DNA of 64,000 bases from Tubulanus polymorphus (Eukaryota; Animalia; Nemertea): the NCBI RefSeq assembly GCF_964204645.1, contig NC_134034.1, forward strand, positions 13,033,062-13,097,061. The letters run 5' to 3'. Of the stretch, positions 11,271 to 22,119 are shown piece after piece; position 1 is the first letter of the stretch, and every line of letters starts with the position of its first letter. The notes under the pieces are model-generated. The model was given only the letters and a program-made list of their open reading frames with translations, was not told the origin of the DNA and made no database searches. Both the position numbers and the translations under genes were made by a program.

Positions 11271-14200
11271 TTAGATTTTGAGCGAGTACGAGCATAAAGA
11301 AGCGAGTTTCTTGGCGCAATTCACGTCGTTCCATTTTCCGATTTGTCTCAATTCAGTGCAGTCTTCGTCGTGGGAGTTATTCGGTTCATTTGGACTCCAG
11401 TATTTGAAATGACTCTGTAAAATATGTTTTTTTAAAGTTTAAACTTAAGATCGAATTCGACGATGACCGGTTTGGGCGGCAAGCGGCAACGCGCTTTAGT
11501 CGCTTGACGACGCCATTGGAAATGAAACGCGATTAGAATATGACACAGATTCTGGGTAGTTTCCTTTCATTTCAAACACTGTTTTGTTACTTTAAAGGTC
11601 CTAGTAGTTTCTATATTCCCATTTTCTAGCTACATAACACCCTCCAGTAGTTTTTTCATCCCCATTTTCTAATAGGTTTACTATTACTTTACACACTCCA
11701 GTAGTTTCTATATTCCCATTTTCTAGCTACATAACACCCTCCAGTAGTTTTTTCATCCCCATTTTCTAATAGGTTTACTATTACTTTACACACTCCAGTA
11801 GTTTCTATATTCCCATTTTCTAGCTACATAACACCCTCCAGTAGTTTTTTCATCCCCATTTTCTAATAGGTTTACTATTACTTTACACACTCCAGTAGTT
11901 TCTATATTCCCATTTTCTAGCTACATAACACCCTCCAGTAGTTTTTTCATCCCCATTTTCTAATAGGTTTACTATTACTTTACACACTCCAGTAGTTTCT
12001 ATATCACCATAAACGTTACTTTATGAATCACATTTGCCTACATATCCCAATGATTTAGTTTCTAGATCCCAATTGCCATCCGTTTTTCATAATTAGTTAA
12101 AAAGGCGAAGTTTTCATTCTGTCTAAATCTAATTTTTGCCGGAGTCTCTATAGATGAAGATTTAAGCTTATGTGACTCGAAGGATGACTGAATCATCGCT
12201 TATTTTCCGAGATTTTCCTGATACGAAAAAAATGCAAAAGAAAAAAAAGTTTATAAATCAATTGATTGTTACGTACATCGATTATGTGCAAGCCTTCGTG
12301 TTCGACATCTTGGTTGCCGATTCGCAATGCGTTACTGCTCTTGTCCAGTGCTAGATGTAAAGAAAGGAAAACTAAATAATTCGTAGGTGTTTAGATTCGT
12401 GACGTGACGTCCATATGAAGCAAAAATGTTTGACTTCCAACGCTGATAAAATAAATGATGTTATATCTGTCTACGTGAAAAACATCGGCAATTTTTATAC
12501 GTCTTGTTTTTGAAATAATATATCGTCCTCTTACCCCTGACGACTCCATTTTCCTCCAAGCTTTCAATTTCGACCAATCGTCCCAATTGCCTCTTACACT
12601 CGGCTTGGGCCCCGTTGAGAGTTTGACTGTTGGTGAACAATTTCAAGCTTTTAGCGCCATATTGCGTCCATCCGGGTCTTCTACCTAGAATTTCAACGAT
12701 GTGTACAAAATCATAGAATTACCTACTTCCAAGATGGCCGCTAGTCTAGTTTAGTGGGGTACGTTTGGTTATTAGTTCCGCATAGTTGGGACTAACTATA
12801 CCAGGGCCGAAGGGTGCAAGGGAGCAGATGCTCATCAAGAAATTTTCGAAACGTGCACTTTTTGCAAATCCTTTAGAACTGCCCGCTTTCTGGTTTCACT
12901 GCCCCCCCCCCACAAAAAAAAATGAAATTCAAATGCTAGGTACAGCCGTCCTTGATGAAAAACAACGATGACGTCATGTACACTCACCCCAGATCTGGCA
13001 GACGAATCGATATTTCTTATTGACACTGATGTCGTTCCATTTAGAGTTTTTGTACATGTGCACGCTGTCTTCGTTGCGAGCGTTGTTCGGTTCACCTCTA
13101 TTCCAGTTGGTGAATATGTTACCCTAGAAAATAACAGCGTTTCATCATGAAATCAGCCCCATCATTTTCACAAAGATCGATTATCGAAACGCAACAAATA
13201 CAGAGGTTATTTTCACTCATGCGCGTCATATTGGACGCCTTTATGTGAGTTTTTGCACCGTACTTCAGCGTTTAATAGCCACTTAGGCGCTCGGCAGCCA
13301 ATATAGAAGTCTTGTTGCCATTAGTTTTATCCACTGAACTCCGTCATTATTGGTTGGCAAATACAATAAGTGTTTTATTAAATTAATGACAGACCCTCGG
13401 CGTTAGTAAATCCCTTTTCTAGTTAAAGGCAAGTCTTCGGCACTTGTTGGCAAACAAACACCAAGTGCAAAACCTCTTATATTTCGCTCATTTTCTCCAA
13501 TTAAATACACAAACCCGTCCCCATCCCGTACACTGGGGGAGAAGGGTGGCGGGGCGTGGATAACAGGTAATATACAGATTGAGATCCACTTTTATACGTC
13601 GGTACCTGATTGATTAGAATACGAACTCGATTTATCAAATCAAAACTGACGAGGTTTTGAACTACCCCTAAAGTCGTCGGACAGAGTGGACGAGCCCCGG
13701 TGACTATGAAAAGAATGATGACAATGATACAAATGTCAATATCATAAGGCTTATCCATCGAAAGCTATTTTCGAAACAACATACAATGGTTACTACAATA
13801 ACTATTATATAACATAAACATACCATGATAGAACATTTTAGGAAAACTGACTACCCCTTAAGTCGTCAGTACTGACTGGTAATCGAATAAACGTCTTGCC
13901 CATCCAAATAGAACACGACTCTATAGGTCCCATGGTAAATAACCTCAAGCTAATACGTACTTCGTTTGAGTGGGCGCCTTCGATGCGTTTGTCATTGTAA
14001 ACAATCCACGCGTTGCCGGCGTTAGAAGTGACGAGCGTGGCTGAAATACATTATCAAAGTTAAGTAAAATCACCTGGAAATCATGTAATTTAGACTATAT
14101 TGTCGCGGTATATGTAGTGTGTACAAAAATCCCACGGATATACTCAACTAGTTTTAAACTAGTTTATTTAGGGTAACACCCTAGAAATAATTCATATGTG

Positions 14201-15653
14201 ATACTTTAACCGGAACCACAATATTCGGGTCTACATTGACAATAGCATTGCTTGTTTTTCCTACATATTGTTATCGTTATTCAAAATACCAAAAGTACAT
14301 TTACTAAGGTAAAGGATGTTCTATTCTGCTATCAAAACTAATGACGCCTAGCTTCGTTAGCGTTCATTCAAAACATTAGTAAGTTTAGATACTATCAGTA
14401 TACGATCGTACTATTAAATCTTCGTTTGGTAATATAGCGTAATGGTTTTTTGCAATGAGAACAGGACATAGTTTGAAATACCCCGAGTATTGTGCGAACG
14501 AGCCGTTTTATTAACCTTGCATTGAAACAGTAAAAGACTTTGAAGTGCTTGCTTTCGCTACGATATCTTTAGATACGATAGCAGCGAAAGCTCGCACTGC
14601 AAATAAATCTAGTTAATCGACAAAGTACTATCCATCTTTTACTGATTCAATGCAAGGTTAACACCAGGGGCCAGTTGCTCAAAGGTTGGTTAGAATTAAC
14701 CAGTAGATTGTTGGGGATTAAAAGTTCATTGTTACTATGGTATTTATCCACTGGTTATCTTTAACCAATTTTTGAGCAACTGGGCCCCGGTGGCTCCATT
14801 GCATAACACTCAGGGCGTTTCAACCCATAACTGTTCTCTCCGCAAAAAGCAAAAACCATAAAGCTGTATTACCAAACAAAATAGATACAGTCAAAGCTCG
14901 TTATAATAAGATAAGCTAAGACCTTGACGCTTCTTAAAATTGAGTATAATTGATGTCGAGTCAGTTAATAGTCCTGTTTTGTATACTATGTCAACTCTCA
15001 TGATGCCCCATTCGTTATACCGCCTAAATTCTGACAGTCCCAGGACTGGCGCTATAACGAGCTATCTATCAGTGTAGCGTTGTTCATACCTTGGACTGCC
15101 TCCTGTTCTATCAAGCTGCTAATACGAGCAAGTTTACCGCCCTTAGCCGCGCAATTCTTAGCAGCGTCCGCGTTCGTTTTCTTCGCCTTTTCCAGGTAGA
15201 AGCATTTGTTACCAGCGTGGAACCATCTACCCTTACAGCCGGCTGGAAATTTAATAAAAAAACATTTCCGAGGTTATATGTGGTTTTGAAATTTGAAGGT
15301 TGGTTCAGGACCGAGTTCCGCAGTTGTAATTCGACTGTGGATCTAGTTCCACAGTTGAGTGGGTTTCATTTCACTCAGGATTCAGTTCCACAGTTGTGTG
15401 GATTTGATTTGACTCCGGACCCAAATCAACAGCTGTGTGGGAGCACAGTTTTACATTTGTGTCGATTTTATTTGATATTGCAGACACTTCTGCCACGGTT
15501 TGCGGTAGTTGTTTGGCCTGAACATTTGCTTACGGGACGAATAAAAATGAAGGCGTTGCCTAGACTCAGATATTGAATACCGATACTATAAAAATACCGA
15601 CCTTGAGCCGCAGCGGCGAAGCCGATAACCAATAAGGCAACGGCAATTTTCAT
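11271..15653 (-). CDS. Secreted tandem C-type lectin (signal peptide + 2 CTLDs, both EPN/WND), 262 aa
   Basis: Exons 15653-15602 (MKIAVALLVIGFAAAAQ), 15242-15090, 14040-13961, 13123-12988, 12684-12535, 12350-12277, 11414-11271 with consistent phases. CTLD1 has WNRGEPNN..KWND..FVC; CTLD2 has WSPNEPNN..EDC..KWNDVNC..SLC. Confidence 0.92.
11600..12005. repeat. 97-bp minisatellite, about 4 copies, each made of two related ccagtagttt..cccattttcta subunits (lectin intron)
   Basis: Unit starts at 11701, 11798, 11895 and 11992. Confidence 0.9.
14665..14790. mobile_element. MITE with CAGGGGCCAGTTGCTCAAA terminal inverted repeats
   Basis: ggggccagttgctcaaa...tttgagcaactgggcccc; relatives at 30539 and 57741. 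Confidence 0.75.
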
Positions 15654-16035
15654 TTTCAGCTGAAAAAGAGAGAATTTCAAAGTTCGGACGAAATCTCGAC
15701 GCGCATGACAAAGTGATACGCTAATTATCTTGTGTTGTGTACGAGAAACTGGAAACACGATTTTGTGAAACATGTTTGTGTGTCCTGCGTTTCCCTGCAC
15801 GTCGCGTTCGTAGTGCTTTCATCACGAGGGAAATACGGTCTCGATCCCGTTAATCTCCTATGATTAAACCGGTAGGATTCAAACGCCGATTGGAAGTGAT
15901 TAATCCGATTGACTTCGCCAGAAATCGCCCACAAGAATAGTACGAAACCAGTAGCGCCACAAGAAAAGTACGAAATCAGTAACGCCCCACAAGAATACGC
16001 CCCACAAGAATGATATATCAAAATCGGTTACTTAC

Positions 16036-16108
16036 GCGATACTCGTCTCGATGGAGCGACGTTCTGCGGAACAGATGTATCCGCCAGCGATGAAAAGCAT
16101 TTTTATAC
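16036..16108 (-). promoter_or_regulatory. Probable TATA box and non-coding first exon of the C-type lectin gene
   Basis: Minus-strand GTATAAAA at 16108-16101, then a GTAAG donor near 16035 and an acceptor at 15661-15660 just upstream of the ATG. Confidence 0.5.
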
Positions 16109-17794
16109 CCTGAGTTTTGAAATGAATAAACCATGTCGCCGCAGGTAAACCGGGTCGTGCGATAATAAACCAGCAATTATATTTCATTAATATTTACTCT
16201 CATATTTATTGTGTAGATAAATCGCTAATAAAATAGCGATCGAGTTTTTTTTCAAAATTTTGGCTTATTAATTTTCTCAGTAAACCCGACCAACGGCGAC
16301 GATTCGAATTCGAAAAAAAGGAGTTCTCGGGACCGCCATATATGACTGATCAATTATAGTAATATAATTTGACTATCGAATTAGAGCGCTGTTGCATTTC
16401 GCTTTATTGAACTTGATTGCAACGAATGTATTTTTTTTCAAAATATTTTCTGGTGCTCAGTGCAATGCCATTGACTTGTGGAGTTAAATAAACTAAACTG
16501 AAAGTACGAAATCCCATTATTTGTAATTTTGTCTCGCAGTTACAAGCGTAAAACCGTCACATAATACGTCAGCATAACCTGAAAATAATGGCAATTATTC
16601 AAACACATGTTGAAACTTCTAGCTTTATTGGCTAAAAACTGTAAATTCGATAGCGGTAGAAAATTGTGTGGAATTATGTATTCATCAGGAAATCTACATT
16701 TCATGTAGAGAAATATGTTGGTTAACGTGTTTTGAAAAAAATTGAAATTTTTGTCACAACTCTTCAGTCAGTTTTTTTTTCCAGTTGAGAGCTATGAAAA
16801 TGTCTTAGCAGCTGATGTAACTGTAACAGTCTGTTAAGTTTGACGAGTTAGTTCATCAACAATTATCGAAACCTCACAAATCGACAAAGAATGGTGAAAC
16901 TTGGTCGTGTTCAATGAAAATCGAATCACAAATTCAATGAATCAATTATCAAACTATTTAATTTTCAATCAAAAATGTCTCATTTCGAACATTTTCACAT
17001 TCTAAAAATCTGGGTTTTTTCCGCGAAATAGCCGTCACATTTAATTTTGAATCAATTCAATAAATAGTCTCGACAATGAATTAAATACATTCATGGTTTC
17101 TATATTTTCCTTGAGTGGAAGTTTTAGTTTAAGCTGAATAAGACCAGGCACTAGGCCGGTTCTACAATTTTCAATACGTGCCCGCCCCCTCACATGATTG
17201 ACAATGACTGAGATTTGGTTTTCCATGTCGAATCGAAGGGTGACGTCCGTCGGTGGCCAAATCTGCCTTATTTAACTCGGGTCCGATCCGGGGCGCCGGT
17301 TTGACGCGGGCTTTATCGCCGCCTTACAATCGTGGCTACAGTGACTTAATTTCAAAATAGAAAATACACAAGGCCCCCGACTGAAAACCTGGGGCGGGCG
17401 CAGGAAAACCCTTTCAAATTCCTTTCAATGCTAAGCTCCTATTTACAGGCATACCTGTCCTGGGATATCGCGACTGGTTCGATCATTACATAAACATGCG
17501 GGGCGAAAAGATGCTGAGACAACTATTAGCAGAATAATCCCGGGAACTACGCATTTCACTCTCGAATTTCTTATTCTTACTAAATGATACATATAGATAG
17601 GATTTTGGAATAGTGGTACCGGCTCCATCACGTAATTGATTATACACGAGTCCGATAGAATAAGATAATTTTTATTTTACTCATAACCGTTGACATGGTA
17701 CTCAGAGGCGTAAGTCAATACACAAAATATGAAATATTTACAAACATACGCATCTTCAAAACAATGGAAAAACAATTTAAGAACATGTGCATTG

Positions 17795-18021
17795 CATACA
17801 CTTCACGGTCTAAACCCTTGCGCCGCCTGGTATACACATACGTCACGGTATATCCTCGCGCCGCCTGGCATACACATACGTCACGGTAAATCCTCGCGCC
17901 GCCTGGCATACACATACGTCACGGTAATTCCTCGCGCCGCCTGGCATACATACGTCACGGTATATTTCCTCGCGACGCCTGGCATACACATACGTCACGG
18001 TATATTCCCTCGCGCCGCCTG
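17795..18021. repeat. About 38-bp tandem repeat (about 6 units) overlapping the GPCR stop codon
   Basis: cgccgcctggcatacacatacgtcacggtatatcctcg units. Confidence 0.9.
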
Positions 18022-19200
18022 ACGAAAGCGTTTGTTGAAAGCGAATAACAATACGACGTTCATCCAACTCTGCGTGTAGTAGATCAGTTTCGACAGATTG
18101 CCGTACTTCAGTTTATAGTGAACGTCGCGATCAACGTCGAATAGCAGTTCGATCGTCATTACGCATATCCCTAGATTACACAATCCGAACACGATCAACG
18201 AAATCACGCCGGAAATTGTTAAAACACGCCGGAAGTACAATTGCGATTGGACGCCGTTGCTGTTTGCCGTCGTCGAGCCGGTTTCATCCGCGCAGCCGTT
18301 TTTAGAATCGATTATTTTCACGTCACCCGCAAGATCAACGCTTTCGGCGCGGCGGTCGCCGTTTTCAACCCGATTCGACGTCGCGTTTGGGTTCGAATCC
18401 GTAATCGAATAGCGACGACCCGAATTTTTCGTCTCCGACGATTCGGATTCGTCCGCGATTCGTAACTCGAAATCTTTCAGATGCGGGTCTTCGCCGGTGT
18501 CGCCATCTTGCGGTTGTATCCCGGATCCGACCCACTGCCAGTAGAATATCCCGACATACATCGCGAACATTGTCGTAAACGGAATGAAATATAAACAAAT
18601 CGTATCCATAGCAATAATCACTTTGTACGGGTATTTCAATTCGGCAGGCACCTCGCACGTAACCACCGTCCACATTTTAGTGTCGCCCCATCTCATCAGG
18701 ACTTGACGACGGTACAAAACGGCCGCCCAGGTCGCGTACACGAACGAGCACAGCCATATTATCAAAACCGTTATTCGGCCGTTGAATTTCGAAATTTCGA
18801 ATCTGCGACGGAAACGGCTGTGTTGTAGAAAGACGTTGAACGTCAGGGGGACGAGACTAACCACGCCGGCGGTCGAGATCACTTTCTCCATGTACCTGAT
18901 TAATTTGCATACGCCGTCGGTCATGTGATGCACGGGGAAATGGCTGACTATGAACATGGGTAGAATGATACAGCCGACCAGTAGGTGAGCCACGGCCACG
19001 CTGAGAATGAAAATAAAGTTCGGCGAGCGACAAAGCAGATTTCGTTTTATAACGCTAATGACGTAAGCGTTGCCGACGATGCACGCTAGAATGAACAGAC
19101 TGTCTAACGTAACGTACGTTATCAACACGGTTTTATCCATGCGTAAAGTCGGCATCGTCTCGTTGACGTCCGCGGCGGCGGTCAGCGTCGTGTTATTCAT
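17995..19200 (-). CDS. Divergent intronless class A GPCR (orphan, peptide-receptor-like), 401 aa from ATG 19200
   Basis: MNNTT..NET glycosylated N-terminus; GNAYVI (TM1), SVAVAHLL (TM2), C at the start of TM3, IIW (TM4), YFIPF (TM5), long ICL3, FAFNKRFR (H8). DRY, CWxP and NPxxY are degenerate. Confidence 0.85.
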   Translation of the reverse strand: MNNTTLTAAADVNETMPTLRMDKTVLITYVTLDSLFILACIVGNAYVISVIKRNLLCRSPNFIFILSVAVAHLLVGCIILPMFIVSHFPVHHMTDGVCKLIRYMEKVISTAGVVSLVPLTFNVFLQHSRFRRRFEISKFNGRITVLIIWLCSFVYATWAAVLYRRQVLMRWGDTKMWTVVTCEVPAELKYPYKVIIAMDTICLYFIPFTTMFAMYVGIFYWQWVGSGIQPQDGDTGEDPHLKDFELRIADESESSETKNSGRRYSITDSNPNATSNRVENGDRRAESVDLAGDVKIIDSKNGCADETGSTTANSNGVQSQLYFRRVLTISGVISLIVFGLCNLGICVMTIELLFDVDRDVHYKLKYGNLSKLIYYTQSWMNVVLLFAFNKRFRQAARGNIP

Positions 19201-21654
19201 GGCGTTGTTCGATCGTCCGAAGTTGGAGAAACCAAACGTTGAAAATCTCGTTTTCTTCAAAAAGAGTAGTTCTTAAGTATTTTTAGACGCCGGGTATTGA
19301 TTCTTACTATAGTCAAAGCGCGTCATCGAATCTTAATCTTAAACGTGTAAAAACTGGTAGACGTCACCACAGTTCGGTATCGCGCTGTATCTGTCTCGTA
19401 TCTCTCGCTGGACTGGTAAATTCTCTACGAGTTACTCAGCGAATTTCGGGGCAATCGGAACAGGGGCTGGTCCGTTTTTGCGATGAATATTGGACTGAGA
19501 AAATGTGGTATATATCGCCAGGCGGGGCACGCGACAATCAGAGGCAATCAATGACGCTCAGTATGTAGGCGATAACGGTTGTAGATATTTCGATGTCGCC
19601 ACTGCGCGAATTATGGCGATTTCTGGTATAAAATCCAAAGGGAAAATTTATAGTTGACGAATCGATATCGTTAACAACAATTTGCTCTACAATTATTACG
19701 GTAGAGAAAGATTTATGAATGACGTTAACTCCGAAAAGGTATAAATTCCACGTGGAAGGTTTATAATCGTCGATATTCTCCCTGCACATTCCATCTCTCT
19801 TCCGCGACTCGGCTATTCTTCTACCGGCCTAGATTCCGAGATTCCGTAGCCTGAAATTCGATTCTCGCGATCACCCCGAATGTTTAGATTGTTTAAAACG
19901 TTCGTTTTTATTGCTAGAGCCAGGCGATAATTCCTGATTCCGAGATTCCGTAGTCTGAAATTCGATTCTCGCGATCACCCCGAATGTTTAGATTGTTTAA
20001 AACGTTCGTTTTTATTGCTAGAGCCAGGCGATAATTCCCGATATTGTCATTTCCCCGGCGCTAATGGCTGAGTATCGGAAACCGATTAATCTTTTCCGTA
20101 CTACTAATTGTTCGTTCTCTCTTCGCCGGTTGTGTACACGCGAGAGCTATCCTATAATACGAGAAAAGAGAATTAGCAAGAGAAATTTGAGAGCTTTTCG
20201 TCCCAGGGGCCTCGAGTGGCGGGTACTTACACCACCCCAGGGGCCTATAATACACGAGTACTAAGAGGGGTCGGTTTCACAGGGGTAATCAAAAAATTAT
20301 TGATATTGCGCTCGTGGTAATCAGTCATCTTTTGAGAATGAGCGGGCATCATTAATGAATTAGAATCGTTGGAAGTCGTCGAGAATGGGAAAGTCGTCAT
20401 TAGTGCCTCATCATAATTTTTCTGAACTGTTGAAGTTATCGAGAATTAAAAAGAAGTCGTTAGTAAATAACTGATCATAATTTTACCGGGTAAAACTCGA
20501 ATTATGTTCTAGACTCGTTCAAACCAGGCTACGACTTGAGACTTATACACGCTAAAATTTGAATTCTTAATTAAGCAGCCAACAAAATTAACTATAATAT
20601 CAGTCGCTTGCCGGAAGATTGTTCGAATGGACCGTAACCGAATTTCCCAATTATGTGCTTCGAGCTATGCAAAAATATTCTGTAAACTCGACCGCCGATC
20701 ACACAACTATATCTGTACTTCGATTTCCGATTTCAGAATCAAATCCCCTGTTTCGCTCCCGGCAGGAGTGGTGGGTTTGTAAGGGACATGCTGAACAGTG
20801 AACCACTTCCTGAACATGGTCACCAGTATTTGTTCATCTTAAAATAGGGGTTGACCCTGTTATCTATTTGATTGGTAGATTTCGTTTGATTTGTTTTGAT
20901 TTGGTGCCCCTCTCAAACCCACCACATCATTTTTATCAGCAATGTTAATGTGTTTTTGCGAGCCTAATGTTTATTATAAACCGCACTGACACGCGATATA
21001 GCGCGGCCTATAAATTTCTATCATAACTATCATTATCGTTAACGTTACGAAACAAACAATGTATTGAAAACAGTTTTGTTTCGTCTGGATGTGGGTTCAT
21101 TACCCCGTGTCGTGCGCGCCATGGGCTAAATAAAACCCGGTGAAGCATTTCGATCAGCCGATAAACAAGAGCTATTTACGAGAATATTTCAATTTCAAAA
21201 TCACAATGAAACAAAAACAGGTTTTTTTCAGATTAGGTTTATTTCATGCGCGCGAGCGCGAAGTGTCTTTTCGAAAAAATAAAAATAAAATCGATACCGA
21301 ATTTAAAATTAATCCATGAACGAGTAGAACTACAGCAGCACTCAATATCGAAAAATATAGCTTCTCCGAGCGCGCTTGAACGAACGCGAATCTTTAATTC
21401 GCTCGGGACTCGTAGGCGGCTAAGAGTGACAGCATGATTCGCGTGGCGCTAAACGTACTTTAAGTGATTTTTTTCTAACAGTTGCATTGTGAAAACAACC
21501 AATCTGCATTCCTCTTACGTTCAAGAAATTCAACAGACTCCTACAGGTAGAAATCATCACATTTTAGAAAAGTAGGAATCCGTTTAGGATCTCTGAGGAT
21601 GACTATTAGATGGCTATTATAGTACATAGTCGAAAGGTCGAATGAACTTAAGGT

Positions 21655-22119
21655 TCAGGGAATACAGTATTCCTGAAGATGACTATTAGAATATATACGA
21701 AACGTTGAATAAACTACACTAGCTCAAGGAATACAGTATTCCTGAAGATGACTATTAGGATATAGTCGAAACGTTGAATAAACTACACTAGCTCAAGGAA
21801 TACAGTATTCCTGAAGATGACTATTAGGATATAGTCGAAACGTTGAATAAACTACACTAGCTCAAGGAATACTGTATTCCTGAAGATGACTATTAGGATA
21901 TAGTCGAAACGTTGAATAAACTACACTAGCTCAAGGAATACTGTATTCCTGAAGATGACTATTAGGATATAGTCGAAACGTTGAATAAACTACACTAGCT
22001 CAAGGAATACAGTATTCCTGAAGATGACTATTAGGATAAAGTCGAAACGTTGAATAAACTACACTAGCTCAAGGAATACAGTATTCCTGAAGATGACTAT
22101 TAGGATATAGTCGAAACGT
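21655..22119. repeat. 69-bp minisatellite, about 7 copies, with internal palindrome AGGAATAC-W-GTATTCCT
   Basis: Unit starts at 21722, 21791, 21860, and so on. Confidence 0.92.

Noticed and set aside
21655-22119. CRISPR-like look (palindromic repeat at regular spacing)
   Set aside because: Inter-palindrome sequences are identical rather than unique spacers, there are no cas genes, and the context is eukaryotic.
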